Source: Phoronis australis
Lineage: Eukaryota; Animalia; Phoronida
Direction of reading: 5' to 3'
Length of the DNA: 42,753 nucleotides
NCBI GenBank assembly: GCA_002633005.1
Contig: NMRA01001178.1
Span: 1-42,753, forward strand
Numbering within the stretch: the first letter of the stretch is position 1; each line of letters opens with the position of its first letter. This document shows positions 24,301 through 37,659 of the stretch, piece after piece. The notes beneath the pieces were generated by a model. That model did no database searches and was not told the DNA's origin. It saw only the letters and a list, made by a program, of their open reading frames with translations. The translations under genes were made by a program, and so were the position numbers.

Positions 24301-25375
24301 GTGCATAGTGAAGTATATGAACATTACGTTGCATAGAAGTTGCATCCTTTAAGTGTTCAGAGAGAGATGTCCCTGGTAACTATGAAAGAGATAGACTAAA
24401 GAGTAAGAATATCAATGGAAACTACACCTAATGACCACGCAGTTACACCTAATGACCCCAAAGTTTGTACTGGTTGACCCTCTTGCGGTACTATAGTGCA
24501 TTTTGGGTCATACACGTATTATCAATAGACTTTGATCGGCAATTGGTTGAACCACCATGAATTTGCAACGCTCTTCTTAATGCATCATTTAAGTACAAGA
24601 TGATTAAAAAAATCTTAAATTTAACACAAAACTGCACTTAATGACCCCAAAGTTGCACCTATTGACCCCAAAGTTGCATCTAGTGACCCCAAAGTTTGTG
24701 ACTAAACTTCCTTTATGAATGGTGATCATATGCATGATTATGAAACCTCAAGCTCAAAAATCACTTTTCCACTTAATGATCTTTGACCCGGAAACTCGGT
24801 TCCTTTGATCCGATTGGAACTCCAAGTAAATTTGGGATGCAGATCTCTAGTGCCTTCTTGCTATCAAAATTCGAAGAGTTTATCTAAAAACCTGTAGAAG
24901 GAGAAGCAATTCGACGGAATGCACTCCTTGACCCTTTTTGGGGCAATCCAGTGCATTTTGAGTCAAATCCATGGGATCAATAGAATTTGATCGGCAATAG
25001 GTTGAACCACCAGGAATTTGAACGCTCACACTAATGCATCAATTAAGTACAAGCTGATTGAAAAAGTCTTAAATTTAACAGAAAAGTGCACTTAATGACC
25101 CCAAACTTGCACCCAGTGACCCCAAAGTTTGTGACTGAACCTCCTTTATGAATGGTAATCATATGCATGATTACGAAAGGTCTAGCTTAAAAATCACTCT
25201 TGCACATAATGACCTTTGACCCGGAAACTCGGTTCCCTTGGTCCGATTGGAAATCCGTGTAAATTTCTGATGCATTTCTTTAGTCCCTACTTGTTAACAA
25301 AATTGGAAGAGTTTGTCTAAAAAACTGTAGAAGAAGAGTATAAAAACAGGTACATTGGTGCTTAAACATAATGGG
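21366..25375 (-). mobile_element. Three stacked non-autonomous Helentron-type (HINE/DINE-like) elements with ~420-430-bp internal tandem repeats
   Basis: Near-identical 3' ends (CTAG, hairpin, subTIR ACTCTGCGCGTG) at 21366, 22394 and 24249; GAAGAATAA microsatellite before copies 2 and 3; TTGACC[CT]GGAA unit recurs near 21668, 22098, 22685, 23113, 23524, 23944, 24783 and 25216. Confidence 0.75.
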
Positions 25376-25879
25376 ATTTCAAAGTGGGACATGAGGACTA
25401 CGAAATTAATCGATATTAATGATTCCGCTGCATTCATCACGTGACAGGGGAGGTAAATCCGTAAGCGATTTCTTGTAGTATTGATAGTGGGTGCCAAATT
25501 GCGGCCGGGGGCTGTGGACTTTGAAATATATGCTTTTGAATAGACTTGAATATGTAAACAAATTTAAAAAATCTCTCGAATAGGCTTTGTTCATGTTTTG
25601 GTCTAAAAATGTTACAATGTTACGTATTCTACACTTCTTAAACGAATGTTTTTGTAACTTCATCACATTTAAAATTGTCTCAAGAAAAATAATTAATGGG
25701 AATCAACATTTCAGGGATCATAATTCTGTGTGACATATCCATATTACCATTCCACCCGGCATTGAGCGTTCATAATTGGGACAGACATTATGCAGGTACA
25801 GGTGGTGACATAATTGTCTAGGGCCAATACCCAAAACGGTTGGGGAGCTTAGAGACACTTGTTAGGCTCCCATGTGATT

Positions 25880-26760
25880 TTTAAGGATATATTCTGATTT
25901 GTACAACATATAAAACGTTCTTTTGAATTACAGTAAATGTTGGCTGTATGGCGCGGTTTAAACGAAAGTTTTTTTCGGCTTGAAGACAAAAGCCTATATC
26001 ACAGGAAAGGTGTTGATGTTTGAACTACAAAAATGAAGAAATATCAAAATCGCATGGTGCATTCAAAAGTTATCGCAACTTATATGTCAAATCTTGACTT
26101 TATTTTGGTCGGTTGGTCATCTTACGATGTCAACAGCATAAAGTGCTGAAACGTTGTTTCCACAAATATTGCAGCGATAAAATTTAGTAACACATATCCT
26201 TACCTACCATTCTGGTCAATCCAAGAGTTACTACCAAAATTAAATCACGCAAGTGTAACTTATATAGTGGTTAAAGTGTTCAAAGTTCACGTTGGACAAC
26301 ATGGTGACTTTTCTGAACTGAAAGACATGTTCAACCGGCTATATTGTCAGCCGGGAAGATTTAACTATCATATACTTACAGACACACTGCTGCACAAAGT
26401 GATTTTGTACAGTTTTCAGGTGCTTGTGCCCTAATATTATGTATCTTCTATTTCTTTCAATGTCAAGTGCTCATACAATTGACCTTACACTCTGCTAAAT
26501 TCTGTTGAAATCGTTTTAAAATCGTTTTTTTTTTGAAACCGACTTCTGTTCAAATTATAATTATGTTTCATAATAAGACACATATTGTTCTAAATTCCAT
26601 TAATAAATTGTGATTTTGATTCATGTTTTGTAACTATTTTATTTCTACTTCAACATATATCAAAGCAACAAAGTGTAATAAATCTTACTTGATTTACAGA
26701 AATGGATTACATTTGATAAGAGAACAACATAAGATTTGGGTGGAATCGGTTAAACAATTA
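25880..26760 (+). repeat. Diverged dispersed repeat, copy 1 (homologous to ~28990-29810)
   Basis: Shared blocks such as CTGAACTGAAAGACATGTTCAACC / CTGAACTTGAAGGCATGTTCAACC and GGAAAGGT..TCAAAATCG..AAAGTTAT; begins near TTAA|GG. Confidence 0.5.
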
Positions 26761-26787
26761 GCATCCTGTTAAAATGACAAAACTCAG

Positions 26788-26991
<204 letters not shown>

Positions 26992-28989
26992 CATAATGAT
27001 TATCCAGTAATAATGTGGATGTTACCAGGGCACCAGTTAGCAGCTGACGGGGGAAGGGGGGCGCACGGGTTAGACGTACGAACGGTTACCAAAATGCTAA
27101 AACTGTCACTGGTGTGGCCAAATTAGAAATACTGTAAGAAGTGGAAAACAAAAACGATGCTAGAGTGTACCATGTAAGAGACGTTTCGATACTAATCAAG
27201 TCATTCTCAGGTACAACCGTAGACAGAAAACAGAATATCGCAACAGAAGTAGATTAATATTGAAATGCCGTCCTCAAACATGGATGTGCCAATGTTTCCT
27301 CGGCGGAAAGGTTTAGGCCAAATTTCATGAGATTTCACCAAAAGATCTAGTTCTAGAAACTGTTACAGGTGGGCCAGCAGTAGTCAAAGTATCTAAAAAC
27401 TGACGTCGACTGATTTGATCACCATAGAGACATATTTGCAAGAAATCCTCCCCGAGATACAGGTACATACTGCCCGTAATCAGGCACCGTAAAATATGCG
27501 ATGGTATGTCTTTTCTATTGGCACTTGCATGAAAACAAACAAAAAGCTCATTCATTTTACTTTTTTACTTTGCTAGTCAGACTGATGAGAAATATCATTG
27601 GAAATCACCAAAACCCCCCAAAATGGCCCCCAGAGCACATCAAGAATTGCTAAAAATCAAATACACGAAATTGGGCAAAAATGTACCGAACTTTGGCACT
27701 CCAGTGAATTTTAGCGAAAATCCTTTTGAAATATCTACATAAAGAACATGAAGAGTTTTTCTTTCTCGTTGTTTTGGCCGTTTTAAAACAACTTCACTTA
27801 CTGAATCGTTTTGAACCAAAAATAGGCCATTTTGGGCCAAAATTTCCATGATGCTCTAACATAAACAATTATGGCCCAAAAAATTCAAATTAACACTTTT
27901 AACTTATCAAACCAGAATGTTTGTTGTACACAATTTTCCACGACCTGAATCGGTGACTCTAGAGTCGACCTTTTGGTGCTCTCGTGGAATGACTGGTAAT
28001 ACACTCATGTAAGCTTTAGTTATCGTCATCAACGAGAATTCAGTGCCCGGGCTCGACAATGAGAGGCATGTAATATTCCTTTTAATTGTTAACGTTAGAA
28101 TCCATACCTAGGTCATGATACGGGTACTGTTTTCTCGTTTAAGATTTCAAGGTCTATCCGAAGGTATTACATGTAGTCTATGCCAGAAACCGATAGAGTG
28201 TACAAGACATACAAATGCACACGTCCTCATAGTTTGAAAGATGGAGACATGTGACTTATTTATATTTGGTCAGGTACAAACGAAAAAATTGTGTCTGAAT
28301 ACAATGATGAATGAAATTTCTAACATTCCTATTAGCATACGTAATCAAAAAGGCAATTGCCCTCCCCTCCATCACCCGTCGAGATCCTCTTTCTGATAAT
28401 CAACAAGTAATAAACATTCCCCAAACTACCTGATGGTAGTGGAGATGGAGAGTGCATTCACAACCATCGCACACAATCAGCTACAAGCATTGAACTCAGC
28501 TTCCATGTTCCCGCGCACCAACGGCAGTTAGAAAGGCTTAATCTGTTTGTAACACGAAAAATGAATACGAAACTGCTTTAAAGTCCTTATCTCAAAATGA
28601 CAATGTGGTTCCAGTATCCGAAAATACTTACTAAATAAAATCTTATTTTCGATACCCTTTCGTTATATTCTTTTCGCCTTTCGTGCCAAAAGCGATTTTT
28701 AACAGTATTTGACTCTTCTCTGTGAGCGTGTAATTACCGGCTGTCATCGTACCCACATTTCCGGCTCGTCAATTCAGGAACTTGTCCTGAACGCGGCCAT
28801 ATTTTCCAAGTAGCTGAATGTGCTATCGCTTGCTCGAAAAGTCTTCATTATTTTGTTTTATTAGTAATATCTCGTGATTCGTTTGTATATGAAATGTATT
28901 TATAGTTTGTAGTTAGTGGTCGTTGAATTTTTTTGGAATGTTACGCGTACTTTTGTTTATAATGTTAAAATAGCATTGGTGTTCAGTTG

Positions 28990-29810
28990 ATGTTATGTTG
29001 GGCGGTTGAAGCTAGGAACCAACACGAGTCGAACCAAATTTTTTTCGTTTTGAATTTTTTTTCATTTTGAAAAAGTAGTTTGCTATCATCGGAAAGGTAG
29101 TGCATTCTACTGAGTAAAAATCGAAAAAGTAATCAAAATCGGGGCAAGCAGTGTAAAGTTATATTGCAATTTTTTGGCGAAATTTGTGTCACTTTGTTTG
29201 GATCGCGTCGGCCATATTGGAGGACAGCGGGATAAGTTACGAGTTTAAAACTTTGTGTAAATTGTATTCGCCAACAATTTACGGTGAAATTTAGTGAGAC
29301 ATATCTTTGCTTATTATTATGCACGTTTCAACAGTTTTCACTAAATTTTAGCCTCGCACTTGTTACTTATTACGTGATAAATGTGCTCACAATTCCCGTC
29401 TCCTTTCTGGCGGCGCCGATAACATGACGACTTTGCTGAACTTGAAGGCATGTTCAACCTCTTACTTTGTAATTTGCGAAGATTTACCGTTGATACATTT
29501 TGACAAACGTTACTGGAAAAAAGGAACTTTGTTCAATTTTCGTGTTTTTGTGCAAAAAATATAGCATACATTCGAATTATTTTACTACGAATTTCCCCAT
29601 TCAGGTGATCTTACACTAAGCTAAAAAATAGTTGAAATAATTTTGAAATATTTTTTGTTTAACTGTCAACTGCTGTTCAAGGCGTGAAAGGTGTCACAAA
29701 AGGATTCATATTTTCTAAATTTTAAGTCTAAATTGCTTTCAAGTCATGCTCTTGTAACTTATTGCTTTCTTAATTAAAGTTATCAAGTCAACAATGTGAG
29801 GAATCTTAAT
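28990..29810 (+). repeat. Diverged dispersed repeat, copy 2
   Basis: Colinear similarity to 25880-26760. Confidence 0.5.
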
Positions 29811-30336
29811 TAGAGAAATAAGCTATGTTGGATTGTGAAGCTTCAAGCCTCCAATTCTTGTTCCTTACAATCATGCTTATCAAATTCCGGTGTAAGGAAA
29901 CACTATTTGGTCACCATGGTAATAGCTACATGTATGTCCACTTTCATATCATGGAAACTTGTGCTGTTGGACACTGTTTGCAATGCTTAAACGTTGTAAA
30001 GTATTGTGCATTTTAAGTTACTTATCTTGAATTTAGCATAATTTCCACACTCTGAACATGATGCTGTGTAGGATCCAGGAATTCATGGATTCCAATGTTT
30101 TTTGGGATGGAGAGTCCATTTCTGATATTATTTTTTGAGTGCAAGGTCAAAGTCAAGGTCAAATGAAAGGTAAAAGGTCACGGTGAACTGAAACAAGGAA
30201 AATTCATCTCTTTCGCATGACGAAATGTTAAATTTATGGGAAATGCGGAATTATCATTTCTGTGATTCCAGTATATGATGAATAAGAGATAGCTAAAGTT
30301 TGAAATAAGATATTCTCCCAACATCTCAATAACTAA

Positions 30337-32414
30337 TTACTCTACGCGTGCAAGCACAGGTACTGTTTTTCCTGGGTTTTGTTCAATTTTATTCTTATTC
30401 TTATACTTCTTCTTATTCTTCTTCCGAACATTTTTGAGGCTTAATAACTCCAAAATGGGAGCAGGTATGTTCTTTAAATTATGCATGTGATTTTTGGAAG
30501 TACATAAATTTTAATTCCTTATATAATCATATTCCATATTGCACCGGAAGAGGTCATTTGGTGCAAAGGTCATGTAATTTTCAAAATAGTACTCCTTCAT
30601 TTTTAAAGCTATTCTTTTCAAATTCGGTACACAGGTAAAAGTCATTAAGGCAATTTAAAAATTACTTTTCTAAGTATTCGGTCATCCAATCAGGTTAAAC
30701 AGGTCAAAGGTCATTAGGTGCAAACTAAGATTTTGAGCTAGACACTTCAAATTTACAGGTCTGATTGGCACAGGTAATTCAATTCGAAATCCAAAGTTTC
30801 AGGTCATTTAGTGCAAACATGGGGTCATAAAGTTCATTTTTCTTCTGAAAATTTGACCTTTTTATTCACCAAGTATTCTGATGTGTCCACTGTTAGACAA
30901 CTGTGATTCTCAGCATGAAACACGTTTTTCATGGGCTTTGCAACAATTCTCTTCAAGAACCTTATAATGCACTGGATAGGGTCAATTAGTGCAAAGGTCA
31001 TCTAACATTCAAAATGTTATATCTCGCGTTTTTCAAGGAATTTCAGCGCACTGGGGTAAGTCAACATGCCAATTGAACATCCTACTTTACTACGCAATAG
31101 GCCTAACCAATCAGAAGAATAGGTCAAAGGAAATTGAGTGCAAACTTAAATTTTGAGCTAGACACTTCAGATTCACAAGTCAGATTGGTATGTCTAATTC
31201 AATTTGAAATACGAAGTTTCAGGTCATTTAGTGCAACGATGGGATCATAAGGTGCATTTGTCTTCTGAAAATTTGTCCTTTTCATTCACCAAGTAGTCTG
31301 ATGTGTCAACCGTCAGACTACTGTGATTCTCAGCATTAAGTATACTTTTCACGGACTTTGCAATTGTTCTACTAAAAGGGCTTGTAATGCACTGGATAGG
31401 GTCAATTAGTGCAAGGGTCATCTACTTTTGAAAATTTTATTTCTTCTACATTTTTCATTTTTCTCTTCAATTCCAGCACATTGGTGTAAACCTACATGCC
31501 AATGAAATACCCTACTTTACTAAGCAATAGGGACATCTAATCAGAGAAAATAGGTCAAAGGTCATTGAGTGCAAACTAAAATATTGCGTTAGACACTTCA
31601 AATTCACAAGTCTGATTGATACGTCTAGTTCAATTTGAAATACGAAGTTTCAGATCATTTAGTGCAACCATGGGGTCATTAGGTGCATTTTTCTTCTGAA
31701 AGTTTGACCTGTTCATTCACAAAGTATTCTGATGTGTCAACCGTTAGACAACTGTGATTCTCAGCATTAAACAAAATTTTCACGGGCTTTGCAATGATTC
31801 TGCTAAAGACGCTTATAATGCACCGGATAGGGTCAATTAGTGCAAAGGTCATCTAACGTTCTAAATGTTATATCCCTACATTTTTCAAGGAATTATTTTC
31901 AAGTTCAGCACACTGGTTTAAGTCACGATGCAAATCGAACGTCCTACTTTACTATGCAATAGGTCTAACCAATCAGAAAAATAGGTCGAATGTCATTGAG
32001 TGCAAACTAAAATTTTGAGCTAGAGCCTTCAAAATTACATATCTGTTTAGTAAATGTGATTGAGTTTGAATTTTAAATTATGAGGTGATTTGGTACATCC
32101 ATGGGGTCATTAAGTGCATTTTTCTTCTGAAAGTTTGACCAATTTATTCATCTTGTATTCTAAAGTGCTTAAAGAAAAACATCTGTGATTTTTAGCATTA
32201 ACCACACTTTTAATCGAGTTTACAATTATTCTCACATCGGGGTCAATTAGTGGAAAGGTCATCAAAATATCAACATGTAATTTCTCAAACAATTTTGAAG
32301 AATTAATTTTCATATTGGTAAAGGGGTTGCTGTCAGTAACGTCTCATAACAATTACAGTAATACGCACGCGCAGAGTCCATTATTGTCACGCCGTGACAA
32401 TAATATTTCTAGTT
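30337..32414 (+). mobile_element. Complete non-autonomous Helentron-type element with four ~425-bp internal repeats
   Basis: 5' TT-ACTCTACGCGTG (30339-30350); TTC/TTATTC microsatellite; repeat marker GAGCTAGACACTTCA or a close variant near 30735, 31155, 31586 and 32017; 3' subTIR CACGCGCAGAGT (32366-32377); perfect 11-bp hairpin (32380-32404); CTAG-TT. Confidence 0.85.
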
Positions 32415-32422
32415 TAAAATAG

Positions 32423-32613
32423 TGTTGTACCAGACCTACGCATGCCGCTCAGGAAGGACCGTGGCGCTTATCACCTTGGGCCATCTTTATGCTTTATTAG
32501 TTAAAACAGAGCTGAGGATCTGGGGACTTGACTCAAGCGACCAGCAGTGTGCCCGAGTGTCTCGAAAATACAACCTTGAGTAGAGGAGGGACACTAAGCC
32601 ACACTGCCTCCTC
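32423..32613 (-). mobile_element. tRNA-derived SINE (family 1), diverged copy
   Basis: Colinear with 11941-12152 (TTGTACCAGA, ATGCTTTATTA, GAGCTGAGGA, GCCTCCTC). Confidence 0.6.
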
Positions 32614-32689
32614 ATAGTGAATGGGGGTATGAGTACAGATTACGCGTAATCCGTGCAGGTTACATATACGTAGACAATGATGGGCAGTA

Positions 32690-33230
32690 TCATTAATCCA
32701 GGGAAAACACATAAACTATGACTTCTGGATCTTATTATAAAATAATGTAAATTTCCCGACTTTGCGGAGCCGCCTGGCTTCTTCTACTGGGGATTGATGA
32801 CTCACAGGTTTTAGATAAATATTCACCTCCATGCGTCGGGTTTCACAGAGAACAGCTTCAAGGCAATGGACCACGTTTCACTGACTGCGATAAATTCAAC
32901 TGGACACCTCCATGTCTACTCAGAGAGGGGTTACTGGCGTCTCTGACAGCTCGTTCAAACCAAGTCTCTGTCCACTACCCTCACTTCTTGTGACCTCTCA
33001 TGTTGGCGGCACTTGTTCAGGTCAAATCTCTAAAATGTTCCATTATGTCCGAAATACTACCATTCTACTTCTTCATTTGAGTCTTGGCGTCAACTGGCAT
33101 CTTAGACGTTCCATATATCAAGAACTCGGACACGTTAGTGTTGTCACAAGTAGTTCTGACGGTGTGGAGGCCTTCTTCCACCACTTTCAACATTTACCTA
33201 TAAAACGTCTACTTCAGCATGTGTAATTAC
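32690..33230 (-). mobile_element. Penelope-like element remnant (GIY-YIG C-terminus plus pLTR)
   Basis: Minus-strand pieces VVDR / WFERAVRDA / PSLSRHGG match the Penelope ILDRE..WFERGVKEA..PSLNRDGG pattern. Confidence 0.65.
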
Positions 33231-33369
33231 ACAGTGGCTCTTCTTGACCCGCGCGATGATGAATAGAAGGGAATAGCTTCATACACATAGAAGGTTGTTT
33301 AACATAACGTTATTTAGAATAGTTTAGCGGCAGAAGGGATGTTTGGGAACAGAGGTTAGCATGACTTCC

Positions 33370-34330
33370 TCAACTTTTTCTCATGTTATCGTCTCCTGGT
33401 TCTTTGTGTAGGGATCTTTGTGGTCATATTTTTCAAAAGCGAATAATTGTTTCACAAGCGGGAGGATAGGGGGCTAGTAGAGTGACGAGGCTTTACCTCT
33501 CGTAGTTCCGGGAACACTCCAAACGACCTGCTACAAAAGCTGGACAACAGCAACCAACACCACCTCCGAAGCAGAATGATTTGGGACATAACGCGAAGAG
33601 ATTTGACCAAAATGGCATTGTCACCCTTCCTCAGACTGCCGTATTTCCCGATCTGGGCTGTAGGGAGTGGACTCAATAAGTTCATATTGAAATATATCAG
33701 CTATGTTAATGTAACATAGCTGTCTTACGACTAACAGGCAACTGAACAGCGTCTCAACGCCGTGACCTTCCCTCAACAGTGCAGGCTTCTTCAGCAACTC
33801 CAGCATTTTGACTTTTTGTTAATTGCTTTGTAACATTCACTGCTTACCAAAACTAAAAAGCTGACTGCTCTGCTCAGGGCGTTCTGGAATCTACTACACA
33901 CAGCAAACTTCAATATAAACGTCGAAAGAACTCTATCAAGCTGCTAAACTTGGTATAAACTTCTTTTCAGAAAGGTTTAGCACCTGGGTTGAACACGTAT
34001 CGCACGTTTGTCGAACTTTTGCCGTAGTTAAGGTTGACGTTATTTCGCTTAGCCGTTTATTGTTTATTTATGAATGGAGTTACGTGGAAATTGTGAAAAC
34101 TAAGACAACGTACATGGAGACGCTACCATAGTCTAGTCGAAAAGAATTTTCACGTTGTTTGGTTTATTTTGAAAACTACTACACCAGTGCAGGTACCGTA
34201 CACAATTATGGTGACCTGCTACGAAGAAATATGTCATTATCTCCTTGAAACAGGGTTCTTGAAGGACCATCTTTAGGTAAACCATAAGACTTGGTCCTAT
34301 TTGAGTAGACATTGAATAACAACATGGCTG
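33370..34330 (-). mobile_element. Academ-like (XPG/Cys8-type) transposase remnant
   Basis: Fragments YFFVAGHHNCVRY, IFQYEL, SPLP..GSLRKGDNAILVKSL and EVVLVAVVQLL*QVVW..GT occur in the expected order, with stops and frameshifts. The superfamily name rests on remembered motifs. Confidence 0.55.
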
Positions 34331-34688
34331 TGATGAGATTGTGCTCCTACAGAGCATCGGTTCTAGCCTTTCCGTTGACTATACTGGAGTGTAACAGGTT
34401 AGTACTTAGATGGCCCATGCCAACAATCCGAAAAAAACAGCTACTTCGAAGGTCCACTACTACTAAAAACACGGTTAATACGATTTTTACTCAATCTTCC
34501 TAAATTTTCTCAAAATTTCACGAATGGGTCATTAATTTGTTGCTAACTATCAAAATACCCACACAGAAATAAAGTTGGACAATGAAGTCAAATGACTTAT
34601 TTCTGTCATTATTACTGTCTGCAGTTAACAACTCTTGTATCCTATCTTCTTTGAAGTTCGCTTGATGAACAGAAAATGCATCATATTA

Positions 34689-34927
34689 CATGCGCGCACC
34701 CGGGGTGGGGCTCGAATGAGCCCCCCATTTGGCGAAGTGGGCAAAAAGGTCCGCCTCCAAACAACAAAAAGTCTGAGAAAACGAGACTAAAGTCACTAAA
34801 AAGGCGCGAACGCACAATTCATAGCCCTGAACGTGGTATCCCGTTTTTAGTCCCATGTTTTAGTTTTTAAAAGGTTCACATTCCCAAAAATTCGAGCCCC
34901 CCATATTTTATACTGGGTGCGCGCATG
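34689..34927. mobile_element. MITE with 13-bp TIR and 5-bp TSD
   Basis: TATTA|CATGCGCGCACCC ... GGGTGCGCGCATG|TATTA; internal GAGCCCCCCAT repeats. Confidence 0.8.
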
Positions 34928-36533
34928 TATTAGTGTTATAAAATGAAAAAAGTGCGTTCATATTTGGAGGAGGCGTAGGTTTTTTCGGAGAAGTGTTTTC
35001 TTTTCGGAGTAGAGGTTTTTCGGAGTAGTGTTTTTGGAGTAATGGGCAGTAACCGTACTAAACGCACCAGCATTGAACTGCTGAGCGTATAAGCATTTCC
35101 ATGTCATATGCTTTCTCTATTGTGCCAATACAACCCTCATGAAACTTGTGAGCAAAATGTTTGGCCCACCACAGTACATGTATGTAATAGTAAGCATTTT
35201 GAAAATACATCTTTAAGAGGTTAACGAAGAAAACGAAAAATAATGAGATAAAAACTAAATGTCAGAAGGCTTCTAGGCAGTTTTGACCTTTGACCTCTGG
35301 TTTTACCTTGAAAATGACCCCATATTAATAAAATAACACCAGAAATGGACTTCTTATCACAGAAAATGTGACCAGCATGCCACCTGATCAGATGTCATCC
35401 GAGCTCTAGGTTCTTTATGACTGAACTCAATTTTGATATATCATACAGGTTATTCAAAATGGGATTTATATGCAATTAATGAGTAGTAATTGAATAGATA
35501 TTTGTCTCTGAAACAATACAGAAAACGAGTGACACATTTAGAAAGCGAGGTCGTGACTAAGTGGGGTAAAAATCTGACCCGGCAAATTTTAATAGAGTGA
35601 GCGTTCGAGGCTAGCTTGATCCGAAACATTAAGGATAGCCTGATTGTTCTTATCAGGAACACAGGTTTTTAACTATGTAAAGATCCATCGAGTGACTTTG
35701 TAGATACAGAGGCAGAAGCAAAAATACAGGCACGCCAACCTCGTGTAAGGCAAGACTTCGCGATATCGGCATGTATAACAAGACGACAGTCACCCAAGCT
35801 TCCTTTGTGAGGTCCTTGGGTCCAAATCCCGGTTCAGGCCTTCGTAGCTCGATCCGCGAAAATAATTCTGACTTCAATCATTTCTATCCGGACCCGGAAG
35901 ATCCGTCTGAGAGGAAAAATGGATTTTGGTAAACAAGACAATGATTATGTCGATATCGGCCACTCGAACTTTAGTCTTTACCATTAAGGTGCCAAAAATA
36001 AAGTTTGCTCGTTGTCCCACTCCAATCTTAGGGGCATACTTTCTTTTGACTCAGGTATGGACATTGTTCTTAAAATGCTTTAATATTCGCCTAAGTGATT
36101 GATGATTGCGATTTTTTGTCAAATACCGCGTTCCCTTTCGATTGCTCATCTTTGAAATTTATAACGTCTAGAGAAGAAATGGACACATGAGTACTGCGAT
36201 CCATGGATCTTAAACATACATTGAAACAATGAAGACTGTCAAGTCCAGCCCAAAACCTGTAAGCTGCCTTGCAGCGACTTTTGAGTAGTGGAAGTGACTA
36301 CAGAACCAGTTCGACTCCCAGTCAGTGTGAAGGAAAGCTCAATAGCCAAATTTTTATAACAACTATTATTAAAATTTCTTGGTCTATTTACACCAACCTC
36401 TTGTCTATTTACATTATCACGACGTTTCTGTCGGTATATTCATCGGTCATCGTTGGGTGTTCCTGCGTTCTTAAAAGAACGAGCACGGATATGTGGTACA
36501 TTCATCATGGTGTGATTTTTTTGAATATATATT

Positions 36534-36606
36534 GTCCGAGGAAGGATTTGAACCTACGACTTCTGAAATTTTGAGTCCAGCATCTGAACTACTACACCAA
36601 GGAGTC
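36534..36606 (-). mobile_element. tRNA-like SINE head (second family) or tRNA pseudogene
   Basis: A-box-like TGGTGTAGTAG and B-box GGTTCAAATCC at tRNA spacing; acceptor stem does not pair cleanly. Confidence 0.55.
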
Positions 36607-36679
36607 GTCTATTTACTTAAAGGGAATTAAGTTACACTTAAACCTTCCTAAGTAGAATCAGCAGGGTGTCACTTGGCTG

Positions 36680-36830
36680 TTTGCTTGGTTGATTGAAGAC
36701 ATTGCCTTGTACTTTCATGTACATGGCTTCCTTGATCTTTCCGTTGGTCCAACCTGTTTCACTGTCTAGTATTTGGATGTCATTCCTCTGAATATTGTGT
36801 TGTTTTTTTCTACATGTGTTCTGCTACTCC
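36680..36830 (-). mobile_element. Second Penelope GIY-YIG C-terminal remnant
   Basis: HNIQRNDIQILDSETGWTNGKIKEAMYMKVQGNVFN matches the H..W..ILD.E..W..R.IKEAI pattern. Confidence 0.65.
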
Positions 36831-37059
36831 TGATGAGAAATTACCCTCTTTACAACACCTCATATGTTCAGCAATTCTTATCTCCAGTGGTAACTAGACC
36901 AAGAGATTTTAATAATAGTTGCAACACGCCACCACTTCAGAGCGGTTTTAGAAAATCAAATTTTGATAGGTTTAAATTATTTGAACTATTTAGAAGATGT
37001 CAGGTGTGTGGCAAAAGAAAGGAAGAGCGGAGAATAAGTGGTTTGGGTGCTAAGATCAC

Positions 37060-37329
37060 CATCCAGTGAAACCAGCACAGACATTCCATTGATGTCGACA
37101 TAACTGTGCACACCGTGCATTTGAACCAAGACGTACCACCTCGTCTGTTCTCAGTCTCTGCCTCATCCTTCTCTACAGCTGCCTGTGCGTACTCTGCCTC
37201 AGTATACTCTGACTCAAAGATTATCCACCCAATGACTGTTCGTAAAAAATCCTCTTCCCCACTGCTATGAACAATGTTTCCATCACTCACGTCAACATGT
37301 CTTTGAGATGGATACCCAACTCCAGCCAT
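37060..37329 (-). pseudogene. KolX-like protein N-terminus (Cys-rich domain related to the P2X7 ballast/ZCD), truncated
   Basis: FESEYT followed by an acidic linker and WFKCTVCTVMSTSMECLCW, compared with the consensus FEP...WCxCxxCxxMxTxxExxCC; two Cys each lost by a single-base change; adjacent to a Kolobok TIR. Confidence 0.7.
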
Positions 37330-37527
37330 TTTCAGGCTACTAAAAACTAAACCATATCCCTAAATTCAACGTGAGCTCTCCAACAGTCTAGCTTGTGGTA
37401 GAATGCTTGTCAATGAGAAGTGGTGACGACAATTTTTGGAAATCAGCGGGAAAGCAACAGTGGAACAGGTCCTCACAGTAAACTCGAACGCAGAAATAAA
37501 ATCGCTGGAAATTCTTAACTCTTTAAA

Positions 37528-37659
37528 AGTCACTTCTGGAGTAGGGCACGACTAATTAATAAAATTACGGTAAGCCGTAATGAACTGAAACATCTCTGTC
37601 TGGGATAATCAACGAACCGTATTTTTACTAAAAATGACATAAACAGGTTGCCTTCTCCT
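37528..37659 (-). mobile_element. Kolobok terminus C (same TIR family as element A)
   Basis: GTCACTTCTGGAGTAG...GGGATAATCAACGAACC...GGTTGCCTTCTCCT|TTAA (37660-37663). Confidence 0.85.

Noticed and set aside
36534-36606. Functional tRNA gene
   Set aside because: A and B boxes are present, but the acceptor stem is poor and other non-tRNA sequence follows; treated as a SINE head or pseudogene.
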